Source: an uncultured Aminicenantes bacterium
GTDB lineage: Bacteria; Acidobacteriota; Aminicenantia; UBA2199
Assembly (NCBI GenBank): GCA_965195285.1
Contig: CBDAFS010000050.1
Location: 1 to 59,722, forward strand
Reading direction: 5' to 3'
DNA length: 59,722 nt
The translations under genes and the position numbers were made by a program. This document shows positions 19,066 to 28,554 of the stretch, in pieces. Below the pieces are notes generated by a model. The model was given only the letters and a program-made list of their open reading frames with translations. It did not search any database and was not told the DNA's origin. Positions within the stretch are counted from its first letter, which is position 1. Each line of letters opens with the position of its first letter.

Positions 19066-20055
19066 ATGCCCGCAAACCTCCCCCCTCAATATTTTGAAGT
19101 TGAAAAAAAACTAAAAGCCGCCTCCGGTTCAGTTGAAAAGATTTCCATTCTGGAAGAACTCCTTTCTATTGTACCCAAACACAAGGGAACGGAAAAGATT
19201 CAGGCACAACTAAAATCCAAAATTTCCAAGCTGAAATCAGAATCAAAACGAAAACCCTTAACCGCCAAACATGGACAGGAACACAATGTAAAAAAATCAG
19301 GTGCCGGGCAGGTGATATTGATTGGCCCTGCCAATACCGGAAAATCCAGCCTTATCAAGGTCCTGACCAACGCCAGCCCTCAAGTCTCTGATTACCCTTT
19401 CACCACAATATCCGCCTATCCGGCCATGATGAGATTTGAAAATATCCAGATACAGCTGGTGGATACTCCTCCCATTACTCCTGATTATTTTGAAATCTGG
19501 GTTCCTGAATTAATAAAATCAGCTGATGGAGTAATGTTGGTGCTTGACCTGAGTTCCCAGGACCCAGTTCGCGATTTTCAGTTCATAATCCAAAAATTGA
19601 CTGAAAAAAGAATTGAACTCATCAGGGAAAACCATTTTGATTCCAGTCAATCAGTGAGATTCCAGAAAAAACTGCTGGTCATTGCCAACAAAATCGACCA
19701 TGCCCTTTCCCCGGACCATTTGACCGATTTAAAGCAGTATCTGAATTCTTCCCACCGGTTGATCCCGGTTTCCGCCTTGCAGGGTGATGGATTGGACCTG
19801 CTGAAAAATCGTCTATTTGTCATGTTGAATATCATAAGGGTCTATAGTAAAATTCCCGGGAGAAAAATCGAACATGACAATCCCTTCACCCTGAAAAAGG
19901 GCAGCACGGTCCTGGATATGGCCCGGGAAGTACACAAAGACTTTTCACATAAATTCAAATTCGCCAGGATTTGGGGAAAAAACAAATACCAGGGCCAGAA
20001 GGTCAAACGGGATTATATACTGGAAGACGAGGATGTCATCGAGCTACATATTTAG
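19066..20055 (+). CDS. DRG/OBG-family GTPase with C-terminal TGS domain
   Basis: MPANLPPQY, PKHKGTEK, GPANTGKS, DYPFTT, DTPP, NKID and TGS ending LEDEDVIELH. Confidence 0.9.
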   Translation: MPANLPPQYFEVEKKLKAASGSVEKISILEELLSIVPKHKGTEKIQAQLKSKISKLKSESKRKPLTAKHGQEHNVKKSGAGQVILIGPANTGKSSLIKVLTNASPQVSDYPFTTISAYPAMMRFENIQIQLVDTPPITPDYFEIWVPELIKSADGVMLVLDLSSQDPVRDFQFIIQKLTEKRIELIRENHFDSSQSVRFQKKLLVIANKIDHALSPDHLTDLKQYLNSSHRLIPVSALQGDGLDLLKNRLFVMLNIIRVYSKIPGRKIEHDNPFTLKKGSTVLDMAREVHKDFSHKFKFARIWGKNKYQGQKVKRDYILEDEDVIELHI

Positions 20056-20070
20056 ATCGCATCTCGCTTT

Positions 20071-22302
20071 TTGAAATTTATTCAAAAATCGATTATAATT
20101 CATCAATTAAAGAATAGAATGAATTACATTAAATTCAAGAAGTTCATCACCGATATTTACACCAGCGGTTCAATCGGAAAAATTGACCTGGAGACCACTC
20201 AGAAAATTGTTTTTTTGAATATAATTTTCACCATCGGCATGCCCATGCTCATGGTTTTCGGAACAATGGCTTTCCTAAAGTCGCAGGTTTTTCTGGGAAT
20301 CATTGAACATTCAGCATTAATAATTGTATTTATCTCTTTCCTGCATATGAGAAAAGTCAGTCATTACTTTCTGGCTGCCGTTACCAGCACTTTCCCGATG
20401 TTCATCCTGTTTTTGATATTGTTTATAAGGGGGGGCGGTGAAAACAGCGGTCATGTCTGGTCTTTTTCATTGCCACTGGTTTTCTTATTCCTTTTTGGAA
20501 TCAAATGGGGAACCATCCTAACCCTGGGATTCATACTGCTCGTAATGGTTGCCCTGAAGGTGCCGGTAGATATACTCCCCCACCAGTACTACAGTTTGGA
20601 TTTCTTGGTACGTTATCTTGGTGCCTTTGCTTTAATCTGTACCACTGCCTATTTTTCCGAATACATCCGAAAAAAGACCAGCCGGGCCATCCAACAAAAA
20701 AATCTTGAACTGGAAAAAACCGTGAAGGAACTCCAATCGATTGGTAAAACCTTGAAGGAAAGTGAGAAACGTTTTCGTGAACTGGCTGATTTGCTCCCTC
20801 AACCTGTATTCGAATCCGACCTTCAGGGTAATATAACCTTTCTGAGTCGAAGTGGCTATGAACTATCCGGGTATTCTGAGCGGGATTTCACCCATCGCGT
20901 TGATACCCTGCAAATGTTTGTTCCCGAAGACCGCAAACGGGTTAATGAAAATACCAAAAAAATACTTAAACACCAGAAACTGGGAGGGATCAAATACCGG
21001 ATAAAAAAAAAAGATGGAAGTACATTTCCGGTAATCATCCATTCTGCCCCTATTGTAAAAGCGGATAGGATTGTTGGCAGCCGGGGTATCATAATTGATA
21101 TCAGTCAACTGATGCAGGCTGAAGCGGAAAAAAAGAAATTGGAGGAAAAGCTTACCATATCCGAAAAAATGGAGACCGTGGGGCAACTGGCCGGAGGTGT
21201 GGCCCATGATCTGAATAATATACTGAGCGCCATTGTGGGTTACCCGGATTTATTGCTGTTGAACCTTCCAAAAAAAAGTAAACTTAGAAAACCCATTTTG
21301 ACCATGAAAAAATCCGGTCAAAAAGCCGCAGCCATTGTCCAGGATTTACTGACCCTGGCCAAAAGAGGCGCCACGGGTAAGAAAGTGGTCAATTTAAATG
21401 GAATTATTAAAGATTATCTCAGCTCAGCCGAATTTGAAAAACTTAAGAGCTTTCATCCCCATATTGAAATTCGCACCCACCTTGAATCCGAACTTCTCAA
21501 TATGCACGGTTCAGATATTCATCTGACCAAAACCATCATGAATCTGGTCTCCAATGCAGCGGAATCAATGCCTTCCGGCGGAACCATTGAAATATCCACA
21601 TCCAACCGATACCTGGACCGGACAATCAGGGGGATTTTTGATAAACCTGTACCGTCCGGTGATTTCATAACTTTCAAAATATCGGATCAGGGAGTCGGTA
21701 TCCCCAGAAGCCGAATAAGAAAAATATTCGAACCTTTTTATACAAAAAAAACACTGGGGAGAAGCGGTACCGGACTGGGCATGGCTGTGGTATGGGGGAC
21801 TGTAGTCGATCATTACGGTCATATTCTTATCAACAGTTCACAAAAAAAGGGAACGACCTTTGAACTTCTTTTCCCCCCATCCAGAGAAAAACTGTCCAGT
21901 AAAAAATTAAAGGCAAAGCTAAGGGATTACCAGGGGAACGGAGAAAATATTTTGGTCGTAGATGATATTAAAGAACAACGTGAAATCGCAACATTAATTC
22001 TCACCCGACTTGGCTATCAGGTATTTACCGTATCGAGCGGAGAAGAGGCTCTTGAATACCTGGATCACCACCAGCCAGACCTGGTCATTCTGGATATGAT
22101 CATGAATCCCGGAATCGATGGTCTGGACACATATAAAAAAATGATAAAACTAAAACCCGGTCTCAGAGCCATTATTGTTAGTGGTTATTCGGAAACCAAC
22201 CGGGTCAAAAATACCCTGAAAATGGGGGTTGGCAGTTATGTAAAAAAACCCTACACGATGGAAACCATTGGATTAGCTGTTAAAAATCAGTTGAAAAGAT
22301 GA
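20071..22302 (+). CDS. Membrane hybrid sensor histidine kinase (PAS-HisKA-HATPase-REC)
   Basis: AHDLNNIL, NLVSNA, GTGLG and receiver VVDD...DMIM. The start may be ATG 20119. Confidence 0.93.
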   Translation: MKFIQKSIIIHQLKNRMNYIKFKKFITDIYTSGSIGKIDLETTQKIVFLNIIFTIGMPMLMVFGTMAFLKSQVFLGIIEHSALIIVFISFLHMRKVSHYFLAAVTSTFPMFILFLILFIRGGGENSGHVWSFSLPLVFLFLFGIKWGTILTLGFILLVMVALKVPVDILPHQYYSLDFLVRYLGAFALICTTAYFSEYIRKKTSRAIQQKNLELEKTVKELQSIGKTLKESEKRFRELADLLPQPVFESDLQGNITFLSRSGYELSGYSERDFTHRVDTLQMFVPEDRKRVNENTKKILKHQKLGGIKYRIKKKDGSTFPVIIHSAPIVKADRIVGSRGIIIDISQLMQAEAEKKKLEEKLTISEKMETVGQLAGGVAHDLNNILSAIVGYPDLLLLNLPKKSKLRKPILTMKKSGQKAAAIVQDLLTLAKRGATGKKVVNLNGIIKDYLSSAEFEKLKSFHPHIEIRTHLESELLNMHGSDIHLTKTIMNLVSNAAESMPSGGTIEISTSNRYLDRTIRGIFDKPVPSGDFITFKISDQGVGIPRSRIRKIFEPFYTKKTLGRSGTGLGMAVVWGTVVDHYGHILINSSQKKGTTFELLFPPSREKLSSKKLKAKLRDYQGNGENILVVDDIKEQREIATLILTRLGYQVFTVSSGEEALEYLDHHQPDLVILDMIMNPGIDGLDTYKKMIKLKPGLRAIIVSGYSETNRVKNTLKMGVGSYVKKPYTMETIGLAVKNQLKR

Positions 22303-22400
22303 CGACATTATCTAAAGTTGTTTAAATGGACATTGAATCAAAACTATTCCTGAATACTTATTTAACAAACTGATAAAAATTAAAAAAAGGAGAATTCATA

Positions 22401-24320
22401 TTGAAAACAAAAGTCATTAAAGTGTTAATCATGGTGGTATTACTGGGACTTCCGTTCACCATTTTTTCTGAAACCGGGCAGCAGATTCCCGATTACTCCA
22501 CTACCGATCGTCAGGATGTTCCACGAGAATTTAAATGGAGTATAGAAGATCTATATCCAAGTATTAAAGCCTGGGAAAAGGATAAGGCTGCAGCCATGAA
22601 AATGCTGGAAAATATCAAATCTCTGGCCCCTGGATGGATAACATCACCAGAAAAGATGTTGACCTTGCTGAACCATCTCAAAAACCTCAGAATCAAGGGA
22701 TACAGGCTCTATGCCTATGCATCTCATCGCAGTAACATGGATATGAGAAACCAAAAATTTCAGTTGCTAAAAGGGGAAATGCGTAATATGTTTGTTCAAT
22801 TCGGTACCATGCTGGCTTTCATGAATCCCGACATTTTGAAGCTGGGGGAGAAAATTTTTTACTCGTATCTCAAAGCAGAACCCGGTCTGAAACCCTATCG
22901 GTTTTCAATTGAACAGGTTTTGCGTATGAAAAATCATATCCTGCCGCCGGGACAACAAAAAATCGTTTCCATGTCCGGCCTGTTTTCAGGTGCTTCCAGC
23001 CAGGCATCCGGTATGCTGAACAATGTAGAGATGCCTCAACCGGAAGTGATTCTTTCAGACGGGACCAAAATCAAGCTCAATTACGCCAATTATGCCCGCT
23101 ACCGATCATCCGTCAATCAGGATGACAGAAGACAGGTTATGCATATATACTGGAAAAATAGTAAAATGTTTGAAAACACCCTGGCCATTTTACTGGACAG
23201 TGGGATTAAACAGGATCTGTTCAATTCCCGGGTATACGGTTACAAGGACTGTCTGGATGCCCGGTTGTATGGTGAGAATATTGATCCGCGTGTCTACCAT
23301 AACCTGATTCAAAGTGTCCGGAACAACCTGGGTTCTTTACACCGCTACCTGATTTTGAAGAAACAATTGCTCGGATTGGATGTTTTTTTATACGAAGATA
23401 TCTATACGTCATCGGTATCAAAAGTCGATAAGAAATATCCATTTTCCGAAGCCCGGGATATTATACTTCAGATGATGAAACCACTGGGAAAAGAATATTT
23501 ATCCGGACTTCAAAAAGCTTTTAATGAACGCTGGATTGACATATATCCTAACAAGGGCAAACAGAGCGGCGCCTATTCCGGAGGTACTTACGGTGTTCAC
23601 CCCTTTATTAAAATGAATTATGACGGCAGTTATAGTTCGGTTTCCACTCTGGCCCATGAACTGGGACATGCACTACACTCATATCTTTCCAATAAGTATC
23701 AGCATTTTACCAACTCCCATTATCCCACATTTCTGGCTGAGATCGCTTCCACATTCAATGAAAACCTTTTGGTGCACTACCTCCTTAAAAACGAAAAAGA
23801 TGATCTTTTCAAGCTCTATATACTTGACGGTTATCTGGAACGTATTCGTGCCACTCTGCATCGGCAGACTTTGTTCGCAGAATTCGAACTGACCATGCAC
23901 CGTCAGGTTGAAGCCGGTAAAACCCTTACGGCTGACCTGTTGAATCAGAAATACCTGGAACTGACCCGTTATTATTACGGACATGACCAGGGCATCGTGA
24001 AAGTAGGTGATTTTATCCAGAACGAATGGAGCGGTATTCCACACTTCTACCGGAACTACTACGTGTTTCAATACAGCACAGGTATTATTGCTTCAATGGC
24101 CCTGAGCAATCGGTTACTCCATGATAAAAAATTTGACCAGCAGCAATATCTGGACTTCTTAAAAGCGGGAGGAAGCCGATTTCCCATGGATACACTCAGA
24201 CTGGCAGGTGTGGATATGACCTCACCGGAACCCATCATCTCTGCCCTGAACCAATATGATCAGCTGGTCCGTGAAATGGAAAAAATTGTCAAACGATTAA
24301 AAAATCAAAATAAACTGTGA
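22401..24320 (+). CDS. pepF: Oligoendopeptidase F (M3B) with signal peptide
   Basis: HELGHALH, GKQSGAYS, FLAEIASTFNE and PHFY..YYVFQY; TTG start after AGGAG. Confidence 0.92.
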   Translation: MKTKVIKVLIMVVLLGLPFTIFSETGQQIPDYSTTDRQDVPREFKWSIEDLYPSIKAWEKDKAAAMKMLENIKSLAPGWITSPEKMLTLLNHLKNLRIKGYRLYAYASHRSNMDMRNQKFQLLKGEMRNMFVQFGTMLAFMNPDILKLGEKIFYSYLKAEPGLKPYRFSIEQVLRMKNHILPPGQQKIVSMSGLFSGASSQASGMLNNVEMPQPEVILSDGTKIKLNYANYARYRSSVNQDDRRQVMHIYWKNSKMFENTLAILLDSGIKQDLFNSRVYGYKDCLDARLYGENIDPRVYHNLIQSVRNNLGSLHRYLILKKQLLGLDVFLYEDIYTSSVSKVDKKYPFSEARDIILQMMKPLGKEYLSGLQKAFNERWIDIYPNKGKQSGAYSGGTYGVHPFIKMNYDGSYSSVSTLAHELGHALHSYLSNKYQHFTNSHYPTFLAEIASTFNENLLVHYLLKNEKDDLFKLYILDGYLERIRATLHRQTLFAEFELTMHRQVEAGKTLTADLLNQKYLELTRYYYGHDQGIVKVGDFIQNEWSGIPHFYRNYYVFQYSTGIIASMALSNRLLHDKKFDQQQYLDFLKAGGSRFPMDTLRLAGVDMTSPEPIISALNQYDQLVREMEKIVKRLKNQNKL

Positions 24321-24445
24321 ATTAAATCATTTGATTCTATATTGAAAATCCGTTTGGTTATCCAGTAAAGGATCTGTTAATAATGATCACATTTTTAATT
24401 GACCATTGCCTGATACTATGATAAAAGTGGATATGGGTCGGGAAC

Positions 24446-25048
24446 ATGTATAGAAAAAATATCCCTGTGTCTACAGGGATGGTAATAATACTAGGGATGT
24501 TGATACTACTGTCCCCATTGATGTGTAGAGAAATTCAGGAAAAGCCCCCCCTCACCCTGTTTGATTTCAGTCGACCGTATGATTTGAAGGACTGGAATAT
24601 CATATCGGATCGGTTATGGGGCGGTAATTCATGGGGTGAACTGAGACCGTCACCACACCACACTGTCCTGTTTTCCGGAATTTTACAGGAGGAGAACAGC
24701 GGAAGTTTCTGCATGGCCTACTCCACCCGAAAACAACTTCAGTTGAGGGCTTTTAGCGGACTGCTGTTACGGTTAAAAGGAGATGGAAAACACTACAAAT
24801 TGCGAATATATACCCGGTCAAACATTGAGGGAGTTTCCTACCAGGCCGGTTTTAATACCCGCAAGAATCGTTTGATCACTGTGTTTTTACCCTTCAGTTC
24901 TTTTATTCCCTTTCTGGGCAGGAGAGTGGTCAGAGACTGGCCAGTACTGGATCAATCCAGCATCACCCATTTGGGCATCATGATTTCCGATCAAGTACCG
25001 GGGGCCTTCCATCTGGAAATATACTGGATCAAGGCCAAAAGCCATTAA
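24446..25048 (+). CDS. CIA30 (complex I intermediate-associated protein 30) family protein
   Basis: WNIISDRLWGGNS, LKGDGKHYKL and FHLEI. Confidence 0.85.
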   Translation: MYRKNIPVSTGMVIILGMLILLSPLMCREIQEKPPLTLFDFSRPYDLKDWNIISDRLWGGNSWGELRPSPHHTVLFSGILQEENSGSFCMAYSTRKQLQLRAFSGLLLRLKGDGKHYKLRIYTRSNIEGVSYQAGFNTRKNRLITVFLPFSSFIPFLGRRVVRDWPVLDQSSITHLGIMISDQVPGAFHLEIYWIKAKSH

Positions 25049-25359
25049 TCTTCATCGAACCCAAAATATTTCAGATACTCTTTCGACGGATTAACCAGTG
25101 CAATTCCAATCTCGTTATATTTTTGGTCTTGATCAGGCAATGATTCTTTGATCCAGCGAACACTCCCCATCAATTGGATTGGTTTTTTACCGATCTTTAT
25201 GAGAATATCAATCATCTTGTAGGTGGGGAATACGTGCTCGGACAAAACGGACATACCGGTTCTGGAAATATCTTTAATAGTGGCTGTATATCCGAACCGC
25301 TCATCCCGAAGGATCACATTGAGAAAATCTTTAGGCTTTTTTCTTTCTCTTTCTTTCAT
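25045..25359 (-). CDS. PilZ-domain protein
   Basis: DISRTG and GSVRW motifs; RxxxR motif degenerate (RERKKPK). Confidence 0.75.
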   Translation of the reverse strand: MKERERKKPKDFLNVILRDERFGYTATIKDISRTGMSVLSEHVFPTYKMIDILIKIGKKPIQLMGSVRWIKESLPDQDQKYNEIGIALVNPSKEYLKYFGFDED

Positions 25360-25466
25360 TATTCATTACTATTATAACTGAATTTTATACCATAATCAAT
25401 TTAAATTCAACACTTCTATGATACCTTCTGAGACAAACGGCCCGAACTACGGTCCACTCTAAAAAA

Positions 25467-27236
25467 TCATTTATTTCGCTTCTTTTTATCTTTATTTTCC
25501 TCGTCTTTCTTCTTTTTGGATTCACTTTTTTGCTTTTTTTTCTTTTCTGTTTTTTTGTCCTTCTTCTGGGTTGTTTTTTTAATCTGCTTTTGTTGTTCCT
25601 TTTTTTGAACTGTTGATTTCGCTTCGTGTGTTTTGGCGTTCTTTTTTACCGTACGATCAGGTGATTTTCCGGATATGACTTTAATGTCTTTCTTAACCAC
25701 TGTTTTTTTAACTGCTCCCTTCTTTTCCGGGGTTTTATAGTTCGGATGTTTTTCAGTTTTTTTCGGAAATGACTTGTAGAACGGATAGGCTTTTTGGGCT
25801 CGGCTTTTTTTCTTGGCTTTCATTTCCGGGGTGATTTTCTTTTCAGGTCCTGAATACCGGTTAATGTGCTTGGATTCTATACCGCTCTTCTTAACCTTCA
25901 TTTTCTGGTCCGGTTTTCTGTCTTTATATTTTTCACTGGATAAAAAACCCTTTTTCTTGTATTTCACCGTTTTGCCCTTGGCGTTAATAACCGATACCTG
26001 ATGTGATTTGGGGGTTAATTTGGGTTGACGTCCTCGAAAATTGATTCTGGAATTTTTCATTTTAAACAGGGCATTCCCTGATAATGCTGCTTTGTGAATC
26101 CGAGGTGACCAAAGATTGTCTTTATTAACCACAATGACCGAACTGGAATTAAATGGAAATCCCGAGCGGTACGGGTAATTTCTCATCCACTGGTTATTGA
26201 TTACAATTACCGGTCGATTCCAGATGCTCAACGGACACCAACCATAGTAATTATCTGTCCAGGACCAGGACACCCAGGCCGGCGACCATTTATTTCCGGG
26301 TATCCAGTACCATCCATAAGCGTGACTCCAGTGCCAACGTCCATAATGGTGGGTATACCAGCCCCAGGAATCATAGGAAGTCCATACATTTCCGTAATAA
26401 GGGTGATGAATCCATCTTCCCCGGTAATAAGGCTTCCAGGTCGGACCGGGATTATGGGGGATCCAAATATGGGTTCGAAAGGAGCTATCGTAGCTCCATC
26501 TGCCTGATCTGGACAGTTCATACTCGTAATTGGCATAGGCTGGATTAAGGTAGCGGGAACGGTATCCAATCAATCGGCTGATCAATCGGTTTCTTTCCAT
26601 ATTCCATAACTCGAAATCATTCTGGCCAGATCTGATTATGGGAACGGGATTCTGATATACATCGCCATTAAACATGGTCATTCCGTACATTGATCTGACA
26701 TTAGAACCCCGGTATTCTCCGCTAACCTCGGTCATTCCTCTATAGACCAATATTTCGGTTCCGCCCCGGGTATGAACATTGATTCGGTACCTTCCGTTTT
26801 CCAGGATGAAGACTCCACAATCCGGAGTCTGAACCTGAATATCACGGCCATAATCAAGGTGGTTTACATAGAGATAGATCCCCCCCCGATCTATGCGTAT
26901 GGTGGTTCGGGTTTTACCTAGCCGGGGAGCCTGATAAAATAAGATCTCACTATCATAATCAAGGCGCAGATAGTTGAACCGACCCAGATATAATTCCAGA
27001 CGACCATCGGTGGTTCCGACTCTATCCTTGTTAAAAATCGGAAGGTTGACCACAGCCTCTTCCAATCCTTCTTCAAAACTACGGTCTACATAGGATTCAC
27101 CCAGGGAATAATTGATACGGACCACCCGGGCATCATCATAGGATCTGGCCGTATATTCATCCTGGGGATAATAATCCGAATATACCACTGGATTGAACAG
27201 CAACAACAATAAGGCTACCATAACAATCATCTTCAT
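25467..27236 (-). CDS. Exported FecR + DUF6600 domain protein with Lys-rich tail
   Basis: ARVVRI...GRLELY (FecR-like), WKPYYRGRW...WGWYTHHYGRW...WSPAWVSW (DUF6600), low-complexity Lys-rich C-terminus. Confidence 0.82.
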   Translation of the reverse strand: MKMIVMVALLLLLFNPVVYSDYYPQDEYTARSYDDARVVRINYSLGESYVDRSFEEGLEEAVVNLPIFNKDRVGTTDGRLELYLGRFNYLRLDYDSEILFYQAPRLGKTRTTIRIDRGGIYLYVNHLDYGRDIQVQTPDCGVFILENGRYRINVHTRGGTEILVYRGMTEVSGEYRGSNVRSMYGMTMFNGDVYQNPVPIIRSGQNDFELWNMERNRLISRLIGYRSRYLNPAYANYEYELSRSGRWSYDSSFRTHIWIPHNPGPTWKPYYRGRWIHHPYYGNVWTSYDSWGWYTHHYGRWHWSHAYGWYWIPGNKWSPAWVSWSWTDNYYGWCPLSIWNRPVIVINNQWMRNYPYRSGFPFNSSSVIVVNKDNLWSPRIHKAALSGNALFKMKNSRINFRGRQPKLTPKSHQVSVINAKGKTVKYKKKGFLSSEKYKDRKPDQKMKVKKSGIESKHINRYSGPEKKITPEMKAKKKSRAQKAYPFYKSFPKKTEKHPNYKTPEKKGAVKKTVVKKDIKVISGKSPDRTVKKNAKTHEAKSTVQKKEQQKQIKKTTQKKDKKTEKKKKQKSESKKKKDEENKDKKKRNK

Positions 27237-27257
27237 TTTAACCTCCTGTTAAAAATA

Positions 27258-27273
27258 TGCAACATCAATGCCA
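27258..27273 (-). promoter_or_regulatory. Putative sigma-54 promoter
   Basis: Minus strand TGGCATTGATGTTGCA has the GG-N10-GC -24/-12 spacing, just upstream of an AGGAGG RBS. Confidence 0.65.
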
Positions 27274-27288
27274 ATAACTGAACGGCCT

Positions 27289-27312
27289 ACATGTCCTTAT
27301 TTCAGGACATGT
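27289..27312. other. Perfect 9-bp inverted repeat (terminator or protein-binding site)
   Basis: acatgtcct-N6-aggacatgt between the nuclease stop and the sigma-54 motif. Confidence 0.45.
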
Positions 27313-27344
27313 TTACGATAAAATCCATACTGACAGGGCTTCAG

Positions 27345-27845
27345 TTATTGCTTTTGCTTATGCTCCCGGTAAATCCAGGGAGCCACGGGTTTTTTCTGAA
27401 TCCATAACCCGATCTTATTCCTTTTGGCCTTGCGCTGTGCCTTGACTAAATAACGTTCCGCACCGTGATCTTTATAATACCAGGCCAGTCCGGCTTCCAC
27501 CAGGATCATTGATAAATCCTGGTTATTTATGCTTACCCGTCCGATCAATAATCCATCCTCTGCATAGGATTCGATTTCAACCCGAACCTTCTTTTTCAGC
27601 ACCAAAGATGTCATAAATTGAATTGATTCCGGGCCAAAGGGCTGATCCGATTCGGGGCAATCAATGTAAGCCAGTCTTATCTTCAACATTTTTTTATTGA
27701 CATAGACAACAACGGTATCACCATCCAATACCTTAACGCACCAGCCCTTGAACACAGCTCCCCGGGATAAGGATACCAATCCAAGAATCAGAATTAAACC
27801 AAATATGAACGACTGTTTTTTCATGGAAAAGTTTTTTCTATTCAT
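27345..27845 (-). CDS. Thermonuclease (SNase) family protein
   Basis: VLDGDT, IRLAYIDCPE, QPFG, AGLAW, GLW and PW. Confidence 0.9.
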   Translation of the reverse strand: MNRKNFSMKKQSFIFGLILILGLVSLSRGAVFKGWCVKVLDGDTVVVYVNKKMLKIRLAYIDCPESDQPFGPESIQFMTSLVLKKKVRVEIESYAEDGLLIGRVSINNQDLSMILVEAGLAWYYKDHGAERYLVKAQRKAKRNKIGLWIQKKPVAPWIYREHKQKQ

Positions 27846-27937
27846 TTATTTTATATCTCAATTTAATCATTTTTTCAATAAAAAAAAATAATATTTGAAA
27901 TATAATGAAGATTTAATAAATTTTCGGCCCTTAACAT

Positions 27938-27963
27938 GGAACTTTTTATCATGACCATACGTT
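27938..27963 (+). promoter_or_regulatory. Putative ECF-sigma promoter
   Basis: GGAAC-N17-CGTT with a T-tract after the -35 element. Confidence 0.5.
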
Positions 27964-28017
27964 AAAAAAATGTTAAAATACAATAAATTGCAATTTCCTA
28001 AAACCATGGAGGTTAGG

Positions 28018-28533
28018 ATGGAAAACAAAAAAGAACCTGAGTTTAAAGTTGGAATGGTTATTATTGGCGCCATTTTTATCGGAGTCGGTATTTTATTCCT
28101 GGTGGTCAACGTGATTCCCCTCTTAAGCATCGGGAAACTGTGGCCCCTGTTCATGTTAATCCCGGTTTCTATTCTGGTAACTGTCTGGATACAAGATAAA
28201 GAAAGATCAGCCGGCGTGGTACTTCCGATTATTATTTTATTCTTTTACTGCGGGTATTTTTTATGGTTGAATTTTACCACCTGGGCCTATACGGCCACCA
28301 GCTGGCCCAATTTTCTTATCGGCCCCGGCTTGGGATTCCTGGGACTTTATTTTGTTACCAAAAAAGGTGAATACCTCATACCATCATTTATTCTTTTGCT
28401 TCTGAGTGCGGTATTTTATGCTGCCATCATTGAAAACACCTGGATTGTCGGTATCCTGCTGGTTGCCATGGGTTTGATTCTGATTTTCAAACCTCTATTT
28501 TTAAAAAAGAAAAACCCAGATCTACAGGAATAG
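28018..28533 (+). CDS. Integral membrane protein (LiaI/LiaF-TM/DUF5668-like)
   Basis: GAIFIGVGILFL, LWPLF and WPNFLIGPGLG repeats; start after GGAGG. Confidence 0.75.
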   Translation: MENKKEPEFKVGMVIIGAIFIGVGILFLVVNVIPLLSIGKLWPLFMLIPVSILVTVWIQDKERSAGVVLPIIILFFYCGYFLWLNFTTWAYTATSWPNFLIGPGLGFLGLYFVTKKGEYLIPSFILLLLSAVFYAAIIENTWIVGILLVAMGLILIFKPLFLKKKNPDLQE

Positions 28534-28554
28534 ATTTGCAGTCAGAAAAACATT

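Noticed and set aside
25467-25960. Simple-sequence repeat or contingency locus in the A/T-run region
   Set aside because: It is explained by Lys-rich coding sequence in an open frame.
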